A DNA stretch of 64,000 nucleotides. It comes from Octopus vulgaris (Eukaryota). The notes under the pieces are model-generated. The model saw only the letters and a program-made list of their open reading frames with translations. It did no database searches and was not told the DNA's origin. Each line of letters opens with the position of its first letter. The stretch's first letter is position 1. The stretch lies in NCBI GenBank assembly GCA_951406725.2, contig OX597814.1:151714001-151778000 (forward strand), read 5' to 3'. The translations under genes and the position numbers were made by a program. This document shows positions 1 to 12,964 of this stretch, one piece after another.

Positions 1-163
1 GATTGCATTGACCCCAGAACAAAACTTGTGTTTATTTTGTCGACCCCAAAAGGATGAAAGGCAAAGTCAACCTCGGCGGAATTTGACCTCAGCACGTACA
101 GACGGATGAAATGCTGCTAAGCATTTTTACCGGCGCGGTAACGATTCTGTCAGTTCGCCGCCA
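1..163 (-). mobile_element. tRNA-derived SINE with Nin/Deu-like core, partial
   Basis: Reverse complement reads GGCGGCGAACTGACAGAATCGTT...TCAAATTCCGCCGAGGTTGACTTTGCCTTTCATCCTTTTGGGGTCGAC, the same family as copies at 5770, 28785, 29900, 40070, 53077 and 57470. Confidence 0.8.
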
Positions 164-273
164 TACACAACAACAACAACCACAATAACAACGATAATGA
201 TGATTATGATGATGATAATAATGGTGATGGTGATGATGATGAGGAGGAGGAGGAAGAGGATATCTTCTATATA

Positions 274-330
<57 letters not shown>

Positions 331-435
331 ATATATACACTAAGGTTTAAAAAAAATTGATAGCGTTCCCTTCATCATATACGCAGTCATCAACATTCTG
401 TGAAAATGTCTTATTGATGTGTTGGGTTTCTTTCA

Positions 436-521
436 TTCTCTGATGAGAAGATTGCATTGTTTTACATAATTTTATTCCTTCTGGAGTAAAACCAATGTTT
501 ACTTCGAAACATATGTCAGAA
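436..521 (+). ncRNA. Minimal type-I hammerhead ribozyme motif
   Basis: Stem I TTCT/AGAA, core CTGATGA (440-446), stem II GAAG...CTTC, then GAAA-C-ATAT-GTC. The paralogous copy at ~45963-46050 (-) has CTGGTGA and GAAAT. Confidence 0.65.
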
Positions 522-553
522 GTAAGATTTGAATAACACCTGCGTTTAACTCC

Positions 554-622
<69 letters not shown>

Positions 623-633
623 TTATCTATCTA

Positions 634-706
<73 letters not shown>

Positions 707-729
707 ATATGTATATACATACATATATG

Positions 730-778
<49 letters not shown>

Positions 779-1011
779 ATGTATATATATATATGTATAT
801 ATGACTGACTTCTTTCAGTTTCTGTTTTCCAAATCCACTCACAAGATTTTGGTTGGCCTGAGGCTATACTAGAAGACACTCGCCCAAGGTGCCACGCAGT
901 GGGACTGAACCCGGAACCATGTAGTTGGGAAGCAATTTCTTTACCTAAGCCTGCATTATATATTAAATGAATGTTATGTATTAAATAAACAAATAATATT
1001 TACTATTGCAG

Positions 1012-1274
1012 GCACAAATAAGTTCTGTTCCAATCTACTCCAGTATGAAGCATCGAAATTTGCGGTCATATACCAAGGCCCTGTGCGGAGCTTTTGCTCT
1101 CGCTACGTTCTTTTACATGCTGATGGGAGTCTTTGGATCATTGTCGTTCGGCTCTGAAGTGCACAGTGATATCCTCCTTTCATACAAAAACCCAGACGTA
1201 CCAGTATTGATAGCAGTCATCCTACTTGCTGTCAAGGGAATTAGCAGCTACACAATTATATTCTTTCCAGGAAG
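1012..1274 (+). CDS. SLC38A7-like: SLC38A7/SNAT7-like amino-acid transporter, copy A, internal exon (end of TM6 to TM8)
   Basis: ttgcag| acceptor, AG|gtatgt donor. AQISSVPIYSSM...GSLSFGSEVHSDILLSY...SSYTIIFFPGR aligns with SLC38A7 CHVSSVPVFNSM...GFLTFGAAVDPDVLLSY...TSYPILHFCGR. Confidence 0.9.
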
Positions 1275-1510
1275 GTATGTATATGCATAAGTTTGTGTAA
1301 GCGTGCATGCATGCGTGTGTGTCTGTGTGCATGTGTCTGTGTGTCTGTGTGTAAGTGTGTGCTTGTGTGTGTGTGTGTGTGTGCGTGCGCGCGCATGTGT
1401 GTATGCGTGACTTTATGAGTGTATTCTTATATCTTTTCTTCTGGAAAGGAGACAGTGCTCATGACTCTTTACAGGGTCTCCGAGGTTTTATTTGTGAATT
1501 AAGGCTGTCA

Positions 1511-2432
1511 TTGGTTTCATGTTAAGAAAAGTAGAAAAATATCCTGACGTCTTAACAGTTTTTCAAGCCGATCACATGGAGAAAGATGTTCGCCTCCATT
1601 TTGGAAAACACAGCCTCATTTAGTTCTGTCTCGAGAAAGGACTCGTACACAAGGCCATGATCACGGACGCCAACGGAGTTGCAAAGACGTATATCGGAAT
1701 GACGGACAGCTCGTTCAAGGAAACGTATACACAATACCCGGCGTCATTCAGAGACAAAAGAAACATGCAACATCCCTGTCAGATATTGTATGGACATTGA
1801 AAGAAGGTGCGATAAGCAACCCACAGATAGAATGAAAAATTATTGCTAAAGCAAAAAATGCAGAGGACGGGGTACCACTTATGAATTCTGTATTACTGAA
1901 AAACTGAACACTAGGGTTTAAATTTTCTCAGATAACATCCTAAACATTAGGGATAAAACCTTCGCTCCCTGCATACACAAACAATATTATACACTCAAAT
2001 ACTTCAAAGAAGAGTTTTTATCTATGACAGTGATTCCACCAGGATAGCCCCTTTATTGAACGTGAAATCTGAACACATATGGCACACAAACTCCACACAC
2101 AGAAAAAATACGCCCCAATGACGAACTACCTCAGCATACAAGTATAAGAATACCACAGCCAGAGCAAAAACAAAATAAGAGAAGCAAATTGACCCCACAA
2201 CAGTTCACCCAAAAGACAGATCCAAGGGTGACAAACATATAAAAGATGCCACCCAAGAGTAACGTCTCTTGATCTATTGTTTTACTCACGAGAACTTACA
2301 AGAAACTCCGCGAAGTAAACGAAGCTTTTTTTTCAAAACGGAGGTGAATACCTTTCTCAATGCAGCCGGCTTGAAAAATTGTTAAGACACTAGGATATCT
2401 TCTTACATTTCTTAACATGGAAATGAAACCCA
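1511..2432 (+). mobile_element. Degenerate Penelope-like element fragment (GIY-YIG region) with inverted terminal segments
   Basis: KTYIGMTDSSFKETY around 1684-1730 matches the PLE YIGxT..FK motif. 1511-1610 is an imperfect inverted repeat of 2330-2432. Mostly shared with 41700-42470. Confidence 0.6.
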
Positions 2433-2434
2433 TG

Positions 2435-3243
<809 letters not shown>

Positions 3244-3641
3244 TATGCAAATATTATTTTAAAAACATTTCTTTTAATATAAGTATGCAAATATTCTTTT
3301 AAAAAAACTTTTCTTTTAATTTTTCCAGCATTTAATTTTGACACCTTGGGTAAGTGTCTTTTATTATAGCTGACCAAAAGCCTTGTGAGGGGATATGGTA
3401 GACAGAAACTGAAATAAGCCCGTCGTATATATGTGTGTGTGTGTTCATTTGTCATCGCACCATCGCTTGACAACCGATGTTGGCGTGTTTACGTCCCAGT
3501 AACTTAGCAGTTCAACAAAAGACATCGATAGAATAACTACTAGCCTTACAAAGGTCGATTTGTTTTACAGAAGGCGGTGCTGTAGCATGGCCGCAGTCAA
3601 ATAACTGAAACAAGTAAAAGAATATATATATTAATTCTTAC

Positions 3642-3685
<44 letters not shown>

Positions 3686-4084
3686 ATATTTCATTCAATG
3701 CTGCTCTCTGAGCCTCTAGTTGTTTAATTCCAGCTTCACCAAGCTTTCTGCACACCAGCAAATATGCTATTTGCCCTTTTTATGTATAAGAACAACTGTT
3801 ACTATGGGCTATGAACGACTGATTTATTGTCCGTAACTGATGAAACGTAACGACGCCCGATGACATCACTCATAGCCCAATGATGTATTTTCACACATAT
3901 AGTCTATGAAAAGAATTTTCTTGTGACTGTTTCCGCAGCGAAAGTTCTTATCATGTCCAAGTGTATACGAACTTGTACGATATGATTGTACACACTAATA
4001 TTACATTCACCGTTGCTATGTGCCCCTTTAATTTATGTATTATATGCGTGTGTAACTTCTAAAAATATACATACATACATATAC

Positions 4085-4147
<63 letters not shown>

Positions 4148-4204
4148 AGATCGCTAGCCACTACGCATTCTTTATTTTCTTTCCTTGTTTCTTTCTGTGT
4201 TCCT

Positions 4205-4400
4205 TTTTGTGGAAGAGCGTAGGTTCAGAGGGCGGCAGCTCTTCAATGCTCTGCCAAAACAATTGAGAAATTTACACGATATAGATGTGGAAGTCTTCAA
4301 AAAGAAACTGGACACTCTCTTATCCACAATACCAGACGAACTAATGGCTCGACATGAGGTACAGTTGAGCGAAGCAGTGCCAAATTCCCTCATACACTAG
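4205..4400 (+). mobile_element. 3' end of a CR1/L2-group LINE ORF2
   Basis: RGRQLFNALPKQLRN...FKKKLDTLL is the typical C-terminal motif of this LINE group. Confidence 0.6.
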
Positions 4401-4539
4401 ATGGGCTATCGACAATTTTAATGGACGTGAGGAACCACGGAAGGATTCTGGAGAGGGTACAAAAATAAAGAGTGAACAAAATGAGAGTGGTGCTCCAGCA
4501 TGAACACAGCAACCTAACAGAAACACATAAAAGAATGAA

Positions 4540-4604
<65 letters not shown>

Positions 4605-4911
4605 TTTATTTAAAGCAGCAGAAAATTCAACAAAACCTGTTACTCTGAGTTTCCCGTTGCCGTTCATCAGACAGTTTTGTATATGTATATATATATATAT
4701 ATATGCATATATAAGTATATATATATATGTATATATATATGTATATATATATTTATATATATACATATATATATATATATGTATATATATATATGTGTAT
4801 ATATATATGTCTATATATATATGTGTATGTATATATGTATATATATGTATATATATATATGTATATATATATATGTGTATATATATATGTCTATATATAT
4901 ATGTGTATGTA

Positions 4912-4972
<61 letters not shown>

Positions 4973-5767
4973 AATTTTTGAAGTGGAATAAGTGTTCACT
5001 TAGCATGTTTTGGAAGTTGTTAATATTATTATTGCTGATAGGACTATATTTTGCTAAATAAAACATATATTTAATTGACGAGACTTGTAAGCATTCCTAG
5101 AAAACGATATGTTTTGGCCAAAACGACTTATCGATACAGGAAGTTCTACTTGTGAAATGAAACTCATATAAGTAGACATGGTTGACTGAAAGCTTGCTGC
5201 TGTACTGATTTGTAAGTCTTTACTTACAAATAGCTGTTTTGTAGGAGTATTTTTCTGTGCCGGTTGAGAAAATTATTTATGTATATCACTCTGTTCAACA
5301 TTTAACAGAGCTCTCTGGTTCAATGGAGGAAGCAATACTTTCTGAAAAACAACATAAAATATAACTTTAAAAAAATCTGTAATTCGATTGAGCCATTTTA
5401 ATCCTAATGTAAATATTTTGTTTTAGTTTGTATGTAACTGAAATTTAATAACGGAATAAATTACGTTAAATTTTAGATTAACAAACCTTAATGGTCAAGG
5501 CAATAAAATGAAGTTACATTATATTTTCTGGTCAGATCAATAGTTATGGTGCGTTACCTAATGGTTCACGATCATAAAATCGTGCATTCAGTGTCAGAGT
5601 GGACGGAGTGTGATGCCCTTGAGCAAGTCGTTCTCTCGATCTCTCTGCAGTAGTCACATTGTGTATGCGTTGCTGAGTCAAATGTGAGAGTGTCGAGATG
5701 GTATCTATATCTGCTCACGATTCCACAGGCACCTAAAACAGTTAGCGAAAGCATGGTACATGTTGCC

Positions 5768-5998
5768 AGACGGCGAGCTGGCAGAAACGTTAGCACGCCG
5801 GATGAAATGCTTAGCGGTATTTCGTCTGTCGTTACGTTCTGAGTTCAAATTCCGCCGAGGTTGACTTTTCCTTTCATCCTTTCGGGTCGATAAATTAAGT
5901 ACCGGTTCCGCACTGGGGTCGATGTAATTGACTTAATATCTATGTTTGTCCTTGTTTGTCCCCTCTATGTTTAGCCCCTTGTGGGTAATAAAGAAATA
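5768..5998 (+). mobile_element. Full-length tRNA-derived Nin-domain SINE
   Basis: A box TGGCAGAAACG, B box GAGTTCAAATTCC, Nin-like CCTTTCATCCTTTCGGGTCGATAAA. GGTACATGTT is duplicated on both sides. Mirror copy at ~40070-40300. Confidence 0.85.
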
Positions 5999-6178
5999 GG
6001 TACATGTTACTATACTCGATCGTGGGCAATGGCTGGCTTTAGAATTTAGAATGATATAATTGAAATTTAAGAGTGGGCTAAGAATTACCTTATCAAAAAG
6101 GTTGTTTTTTTCTGGGTTTTTTTTTTGCATTTTCAATAATCAGTTAGAAGTTCCTATAACCCTTTTAGTATTTTTCAG

Positions 6179-6378
6179 ATCTGCTGTCCGGAGCTTATGG
6201 TGTCAATACTGGCAATTTTCCGATGAAGAAACAGAACGAAAAGAAAATATTCATACTATCGTAATTACATCGTTCTGGATCGCTTCTAATACTTTGATGG
6301 CTATGTTATTATCAAATATTAGATATTTTATCTCATTTTTGGGACCATTCGCCTCTACCCTTACGTTTATACTCCCAG
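6179..6378 (+). CDS. SLC38A7-like: SLC38A7-like copy A, penultimate exon (TM9-TM10)
   Basis: tttttcag| acceptor, phase 2 continues the previous exon. RSAVRSLW...FISFLGPFASTLTFILP, then G|gtatgt donor. 200 nt, same as copy B. Confidence 0.9.
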
Positions 6379-7884
6379 GTATGTCTGGCTTCCAAATATT
6401 TTATTTGTATCTTACCGAAAAAGTTGTCTAAAATATCCTAAAGCAATTCTTTGCCAATTTTTAACATCTTGTGATACAGTATTAATTCTAGAAAGCACCA
6501 GACAAGCTATAGCGCATTTCAGTGGTGTTATGAAAGAGATTCTGAGTTTTTGTCAAAATGTAAGAAAATATAAAATTGTGCAGAATATTCAGAAACCAAA
6601 TTATATTCAACCCTAAATTACTGTTAATAAATTCAATGCGTTATTCTGTTGATGCATTTCGGCCATGCATCTGCATTCATGCAGGAAAGCCACTGTGGAA
6701 AAAATTAGGTTCTACCGAAACTGGAAATCAGATTGTTGGATTCAGAGCCCAAAGTGATAACCATTACACCATAGAATCAGTTTTATAGCTAAATTCAAAT
6801 TAAATTCGTCATACAGTTAGCATATTTGCTGCAAACTTGATTTCATACACCAACTTGTATTAAAATCACTAACTAGCGAGAGAGCTTCTACGTGATCGCT
6901 TACTCTACTAGAAATAGCAGCCAAATTTTTCATAAGCCACACTCTGCGGCCTGAAATAAATATATTGAATAATGCAGTTCCTATACAAAAACACGATATT
7001 ATCATTTTTGGAGCACCTTTAATCAAAAGTCTTCTTCGTTAGTGCTGAACAGAATCTAAAATCAAGAACAACACAGAAAGCACAGCAACTATTTTTCTCG
7101 TTCATAAAGCACAAATCTCACATCCTCTATCACATAATCCACATACATACATAGTGGTGGAAATCAACTGCTCGGCAGATGTTAACATGAAGCTAATGAT
7201 CAGAGAAAAAGAAAATACCTACGCTGAACTATTGGGAAATCTACAGTTACTCTACGCAGATTACAAGTTCACAATGATACCTATAATTATTGGGGTGCTA
7301 AGATAGGTAACACACTGCGTATGTACCAATCCTGAGAAATTAAGCTTCTATAATCAGAAAGGAGAAAGCTGATTCGAAGACTACAGATCCAAGCCATCAC
7401 TGGAACTATGAGTCTGTAAAACTTTCCAGAAGTTTATCTGTTAAATATTTATGTTCGTGTCTAGACATGCTCATATGTCTGAGAATACACACATAAAACA
7501 AAATATACAAATTTGCACATGTACTGACTCCAAATACTGCACATGTACGCATACACATGCAGAGATACCCTGTTGATGTTCAAATTTCAGTGAATGAGCT
7601 TTGGCTCTAGGTTAAAAACCGGATTTTTTTCTATTAACAAGAAATCTTGAAATATACTGAATTATGACAGACAAACAGATAGACATAGAGCTACTAAATA
7701 CCTTATGATAAAGCTACTAAATAGATTATCAAAGAATACTGGTGTCCATTAAAAGAAAATTACTACTTATCCAAGATGGTAAATTGGCAAGATTTTAAAA
7801 CGAATCACCTTGCAATATTCATTTCAGCTCTTTGCCTTCTGTAGCCTACTTGGGTGTAGTTTGTTATCTTGTTTCACATCACCA

Positions 7885-10110
7885 AAGAGGCAGTAGGAAA
7901 GACAAACAACACTAAAAATATAGGAGACACTAACATATTGACATATATAGGAGGAGTTGTAGTTACTAGAAGATTAGATATTCTACAAGGAAAGATTAGA
8001 AAAGAGCAAATGTGAAAAAGGAGATTACAAAATAAAGTGAATATTTTAAGACAAGATCTGAGTAGAATAGAAGCCTGGAAACTGAATATTCTAGGAAACA
8101 CAAGATTTAAATCTCTTGAGAAAAGATACTTACTCAAAGAGAAAGGATTTGGAACGCTCATAGAAGAGGTGAAACAACGTATCATAGCAGTAGCAGATAA
8201 GCTTTCCAGATATCAGAAAAGAATAGATCAGTATCAACAGAATATATTATTTGAGACAGACCAGAGTAGATTTTATAACTAAATGAATAATGGAGAAGAA
8301 AGTACTGAAAATGAGAAATATAATATAGAAGAAGCTAGAACCTTCTGGAGTAATATTTGGAGATGCAATATGGTTTTAAAAAAGTGAGGGCAGAAGTAGT
8401 GAGTAAGAAGCAGCAGCCAGATCTAAGACTAACTATTGCATTAATGAGTAAAGTATTAGGAAAAATGCCGAAATGGAAGGGCCTAGGACCAGATTTAGTT
8501 CAAGGGTACTGGTTAAAGAAATTTAGTAGTTTACATGGGAGGCTGAGGAAACAACTTCAGTATTGCCTTAATGTAAGAATAATACCAGATTGGATGACCA
8601 GAGGAAGAACAATACTCCTTATGAAAGATAAAAGCTAAGGTAATATAGCAAGCAATTATAGACCAATCCCTAGCTTACCATTAGTGTTGAAGCTGTTGAC
8701 AGGAATGCTTTCAGAAACCATTTACGAGCTCCTTGGTAACAAGACTTTACAGCCAAAAGAACAGAAAGGTTACAGGAAGAAGGCTAGAAGAACGTATGGT
8801 CAATGAAGCAATTCGAAATGAAATAAAAGCTAGAAAGAACAATAGCATGGGACGACTACAAGAACGCTTATGACATGATCTCACACTCATGTATAAATAA
8901 ATGTTTGAGTATATTCAGCAAAGCAAACAACATAAGAGAATTAATTAGCTTTAGCATGAAGAAATGGAAAGTAAATCTCTACTCAGTTTTAAGAAAGATT
9001 AATATCGAGAGGAATTTTCCAAGGAGACTCGTTATCCTCTTTAATATTTGTCTTATGTTTGATCCTTCTGAGTTTAGTATTAAGGAAGGCAAAGGCAAGG
9101 CATCAGTTCAGAAATAGTAAGGCAAAAACTAACCATTTGTTCTACATGGATGATCTGAAGCTTTTTAGTAAGAATGTAAAAGGGATAGATTCCTTAATAC
9201 AGACTGTAACATTCTTCAGCAAAGATATAGGCATGGATTTTGGCATGGATAAGTGTGCAATATTAGTCATGAAAAGGGGACATGTAGTCAACAGTGACGT
9301 ATCCAATTACCAGATGGTCAGACATTAAAATCATTAAAAGTGTTATAAGTATCTAGGAATATTAAAATCTGACATAGTACTAACTATAGAAATGAAAATG
9401 AAAATGAAAATGAAAATTGAAGAGTATATCAGAAGGGTAAGGAAGCACTAAGGACTAACTAGACAAAGGCCAAGATGGACAAAAGTCAAGTAGATTTCCA
9501 ATGTAGTTTATGCAAATCAATAGAGGAAAGCGTTACTCATATAGTAAGCGAATGTAGTATGCTGGCACAGAACGAATACAGAAAAGACATGACAACACTG
9601 AGAGTTATGTAGAAAGCTTGGATCTGACCATACTGATGAATGGTATAAACACGAACCTAATAAACTACTAGAAAGTCAGAAATATAAGGTGTTGTGGGAC
9701 TTTAACATTCAGACTGAAGAGTAGTAGAAGTTACAAAGCCTAATTTCGTAGTAGTAGATAAAGAGAATAGAATATGCCAGATAATTGACTTTACAGTCTC
9801 AAATGATGAAAAATTCAATGAGAGGTATAGAAAAAGCAGGAAAGTAGCAGGACCTAGCCATAGAATTACAGAAACTATGGAAAGTGCGAGTAAAATGCAT
9901 CCCAGTAGTTATAGGTGCATTAGGGACTATCTCTTAAGTTTTCAACAGATGGATAAAGGAATTAGAGATAAAACCTAATTTAGTACAGTTCCAGAAAACA
10001 GTGTTATTAGGAATGGCGAGGATGGTTAGGAGGGTTATTGGCATTTAAGGTTACCTGTTGTAGTTCGATGTTAGGAATTTTTCTTTGCTAACAGTCTAAT
10101 CTGTTGTGTG

Positions 10111-10172
<62 letters not shown>
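7885..10172 (+). mobile_element. Degenerate Dong/R4-clade non-LTR retrotransposon with (TAA)n tail
   Basis: Frameshifted RT (GPDLVQGYWLKK, LFYMDDLKLF), CCHC knuckle near 9500-9560, VLWDFNIQT endonuclease region, ends in (TAA)n at 10113-10172. Confidence 0.8.
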
Positions 10173-10173
<1 letters not shown>

Positions 10174-11309
10174 TGTGGGACGAGTTAAGAGAACTGTGGG
10201 GCATGAGGAAGGTAATGGTGATACTGGTGGTAATTGGAGCAATGGGAGCAGTTTCCAAGAGCTTTGAAAAACATACTAAGAATATTGGAACTGCTGCCAA
10301 GCTCGAAGTGGACCATAAGACAGCATTGTTGGGTACAGCTCGCATTCTAAGAAGAGTATTGTCTCTCTTAATCACAGGAGAAGGCACTGCTTGAAACCTT
10401 TGGTGATTTGTTATTGCTTGCTTTCAAGCAAAGAACAACCGTAAATAGAACAGCGAGAATCAAAACAACAACAGCAACAATAATAATAATAATAATAATA
10501 GCATCGTGCTTTCTCTACAACAGGCGAAAAGGCTTAGTATACCCTCTCATTAAGCAATTGGGATTTTTCCGCCTCTATGATCACCGGCATCTTCTTGCAT
10601 TCCTTGAAACAGAAAAATCGGTATGCGATTTATTTCTTCTAGAGAAAATAATAACTAGAATTCCATAAGAATTCCAGTCCTGTTGAGATATGGGTGGATA
10701 ATCTCCTCGAGAATGGCTAATTCTCTTGCCGAATCTCGATGAACCGGTACGTTCTTGACTCGAATTCGAGTCAACCATTTACCCATATAATAGAGAATCT
10801 TTATAAAGGTCTGAGACGTGCAAGTGGCTGTTGCCATTCTTCTGGCTTCTTACTCGTTGCTGCGTATATTTTGGAAGCATTTTTTCTGTTTCTGCGGGAG
10901 TATGGAATTTAAGTTGCCTCTCCTTGCGAGAAGCACATTTATACACAACGTAGAAAGTATAATAGATCCTTCAACACAAGATTTTGCATCAAAAACTTGC
11001 AAAATATGAAAATGCTAAATAAAAGTTAATCCTTTAATATTTGGTAACCTCTGTCTAGATAGAAATTGAAGTTGACGAGTTTCTATATTGATGTCTAAGT
11101 CACAAAAGCAAGGTCTGAAGGCAATAGTAGTTATTTCCTTTAATTCAAAGATAGAATCAAATATGAAACAACACTAACTGACTGAAGACAACAAAAAAAA
11201 AAGTTTAATTATGTTATACTGTGTAATGATTATTATATAAACTTCACTTTTTTTTCTCCCGTGTATTGTAGCTTGATTAATTTTTTTTATGTTTCTGGTT
11301 GACTTTCAG

Positions 11310-11512
11310 CTATCTGCCTCTACCGTTACACCAAAGATAGAGGGAATAAAAAAGAATGGAAATACAATGCAACCATTGGACTTAGTATGTTTTTACTTAT
11401 TTCGGGATTATGTTTTATCGGACTGTCAGTAATTGTCATGGTTTTTGAATATCAGAACGGTGAAAGTAAATCTGTGTCATGTGAGACTCTTTCCAATGTA
11501 ACATATCACTAA
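11310..11512 (+). CDS. SLC38A7-like: SLC38A7-like copy A, terminal exon (TM11 and C-tail)
   Basis: gactttcag| acceptor, phase 1. Reads AICLYRYTKDRGNKKEWKYNATIGLSMFLLISGLCFIGLSVIVMVFEYQNGESKSVSCETLSNVTYH, stop TAA at 11510-11512. Not in the ORF track. Confidence 0.85.
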
Positions 11513-12926
11513 CTGGAAATGATTTCATTTCATTTTTTATATTTTAATCTAGAGAAACTTTCATTGCGATAGTACAAGGTTTTAAAAGAAAACTTAACTA
11601 CTGTGGTCGATTCATTCTTTTAAAAATTCCTCAAGGCGATGCCCCAGCATGGCCGCAGTTTAATGACTAAAACAGGTAAAACATAAAACATAAAAGATGC
11701 TAAATGGGGATAACATAGCTAAATGGGAGGGTACGGAAGTGATTCAAACCGAGTGACACTTTTATGAGGAAGGACTCTTTTATGGGGAAGGACTCTTTTA
11801 TGGGGAAGGACTCTTTTATGGGGATGGCACTTTTGGGTATATTGTATATGCCTGAATATAGGGTCAGGGAGTTTCAAACTCAAAGGCTACCCCGGGTGAC
11901 ACACACTGTAGCTAGGCCACCATTTCTTAATATATTAAGAAAACGAAAGAGGGAGAGTGTGTGTATGAGGGAGAGAGAGTGAGAGGGTGAGAGAGAGAGA
12001 GAGAGAGAAAGAGAGAGTGGGAAAGACGAGTGTAATTTGCGCACCTGTGTAATTTACGCAGGTGATTTTCGGGATAAAAATTATAAAAAAAAGCTTCTAC
12101 TCGTGTAAAATTCGCACCAAAAAGTTTTCAGAATTGCCGCTTTGGCCAGGGGAAAAAGGTTTCCAATTTAGTTGTATTTAGCATCATTTCACTTACTTAT
12201 GGTTAGATTTTATTACATTTTCATCAGATAAAAATAATTTCTGTTTAACAGGTATCACATTAAAAGCTATTAAATTACTAAGAGTTTGTGTTGTTTATAA
12301 TAAACTTTATTTAACATTTCTTGCTCACAGAAATTATGTCCCATCTTTAGCATACTGTTGTGTCTTCTCAAATCACGATCACAGGAAAAGTTGATGATAA
12401 GAATTATCAATAAAAACAAAGATGATAAATACGCACAGGTATTGCAAATTAAATTTAATTACCAATAAACGTCAGCTTGGATGACACTTTATTCAACTGA
12501 CAAATGAAGATGACCGACCAAACTGATTATGTGAACAGAATTCTGATTGGACGAAAGTGTCTTCTTGTCTTAAGCTCTGATTTTCCGCATATTCTTGTCG
12601 GAACATTTGATACGAAGTATCGAAATTTTAATCCCTTTCACATTTACAAAATGTCAAACAAACTTGAAAATTTGTCATTACCGTTTTAGCCGGAAGACCA
12701 AACTCTCAGTTTGGTAGCTCGCTAAAATAAACATCAAAAATCGAAAGGAGAAAATAAACAGCTTTGCAAGGTTTAATTCAATGTTTATTGAAGAAGAAAG
12801 GTGGGAAATTTAAGAAGCGACTTGTATGTACATGTAAACATGTGTTTATGTATTGATATGTGTGTCTCTTCAAGTTGAATATATGACTGTTACTCTGTCG
12901 AAGGTTGTATATATATATATGTATAC

Positions 12927-12957
<31 letters not shown>

Positions 12958-12964
12958 ATTTTAA

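Noticed and set aside
3780-3960. CTGATGA and GAAACGTA within hairpins (TGGGCTATGA/TCATAGCCCA)
   Set aside because: The two motifs overlap and leave no stem II, so no valid hammerhead can be drawn. It may be a decayed element.
4341-5066. Long YI/IY-rich ORFs here and at 17341, 23573, 33173-33856, 45081 and 48237
   Set aside because: Translations of (TA)n/(TATG)n microsatellites with no coding signal.
10500-11010. Short ORFs partly conserved in both arms (10818-11009 and 35657-35848)
   Set aside because: Conservation is explained by the recent duplication. No recognisable domain or splice fit.
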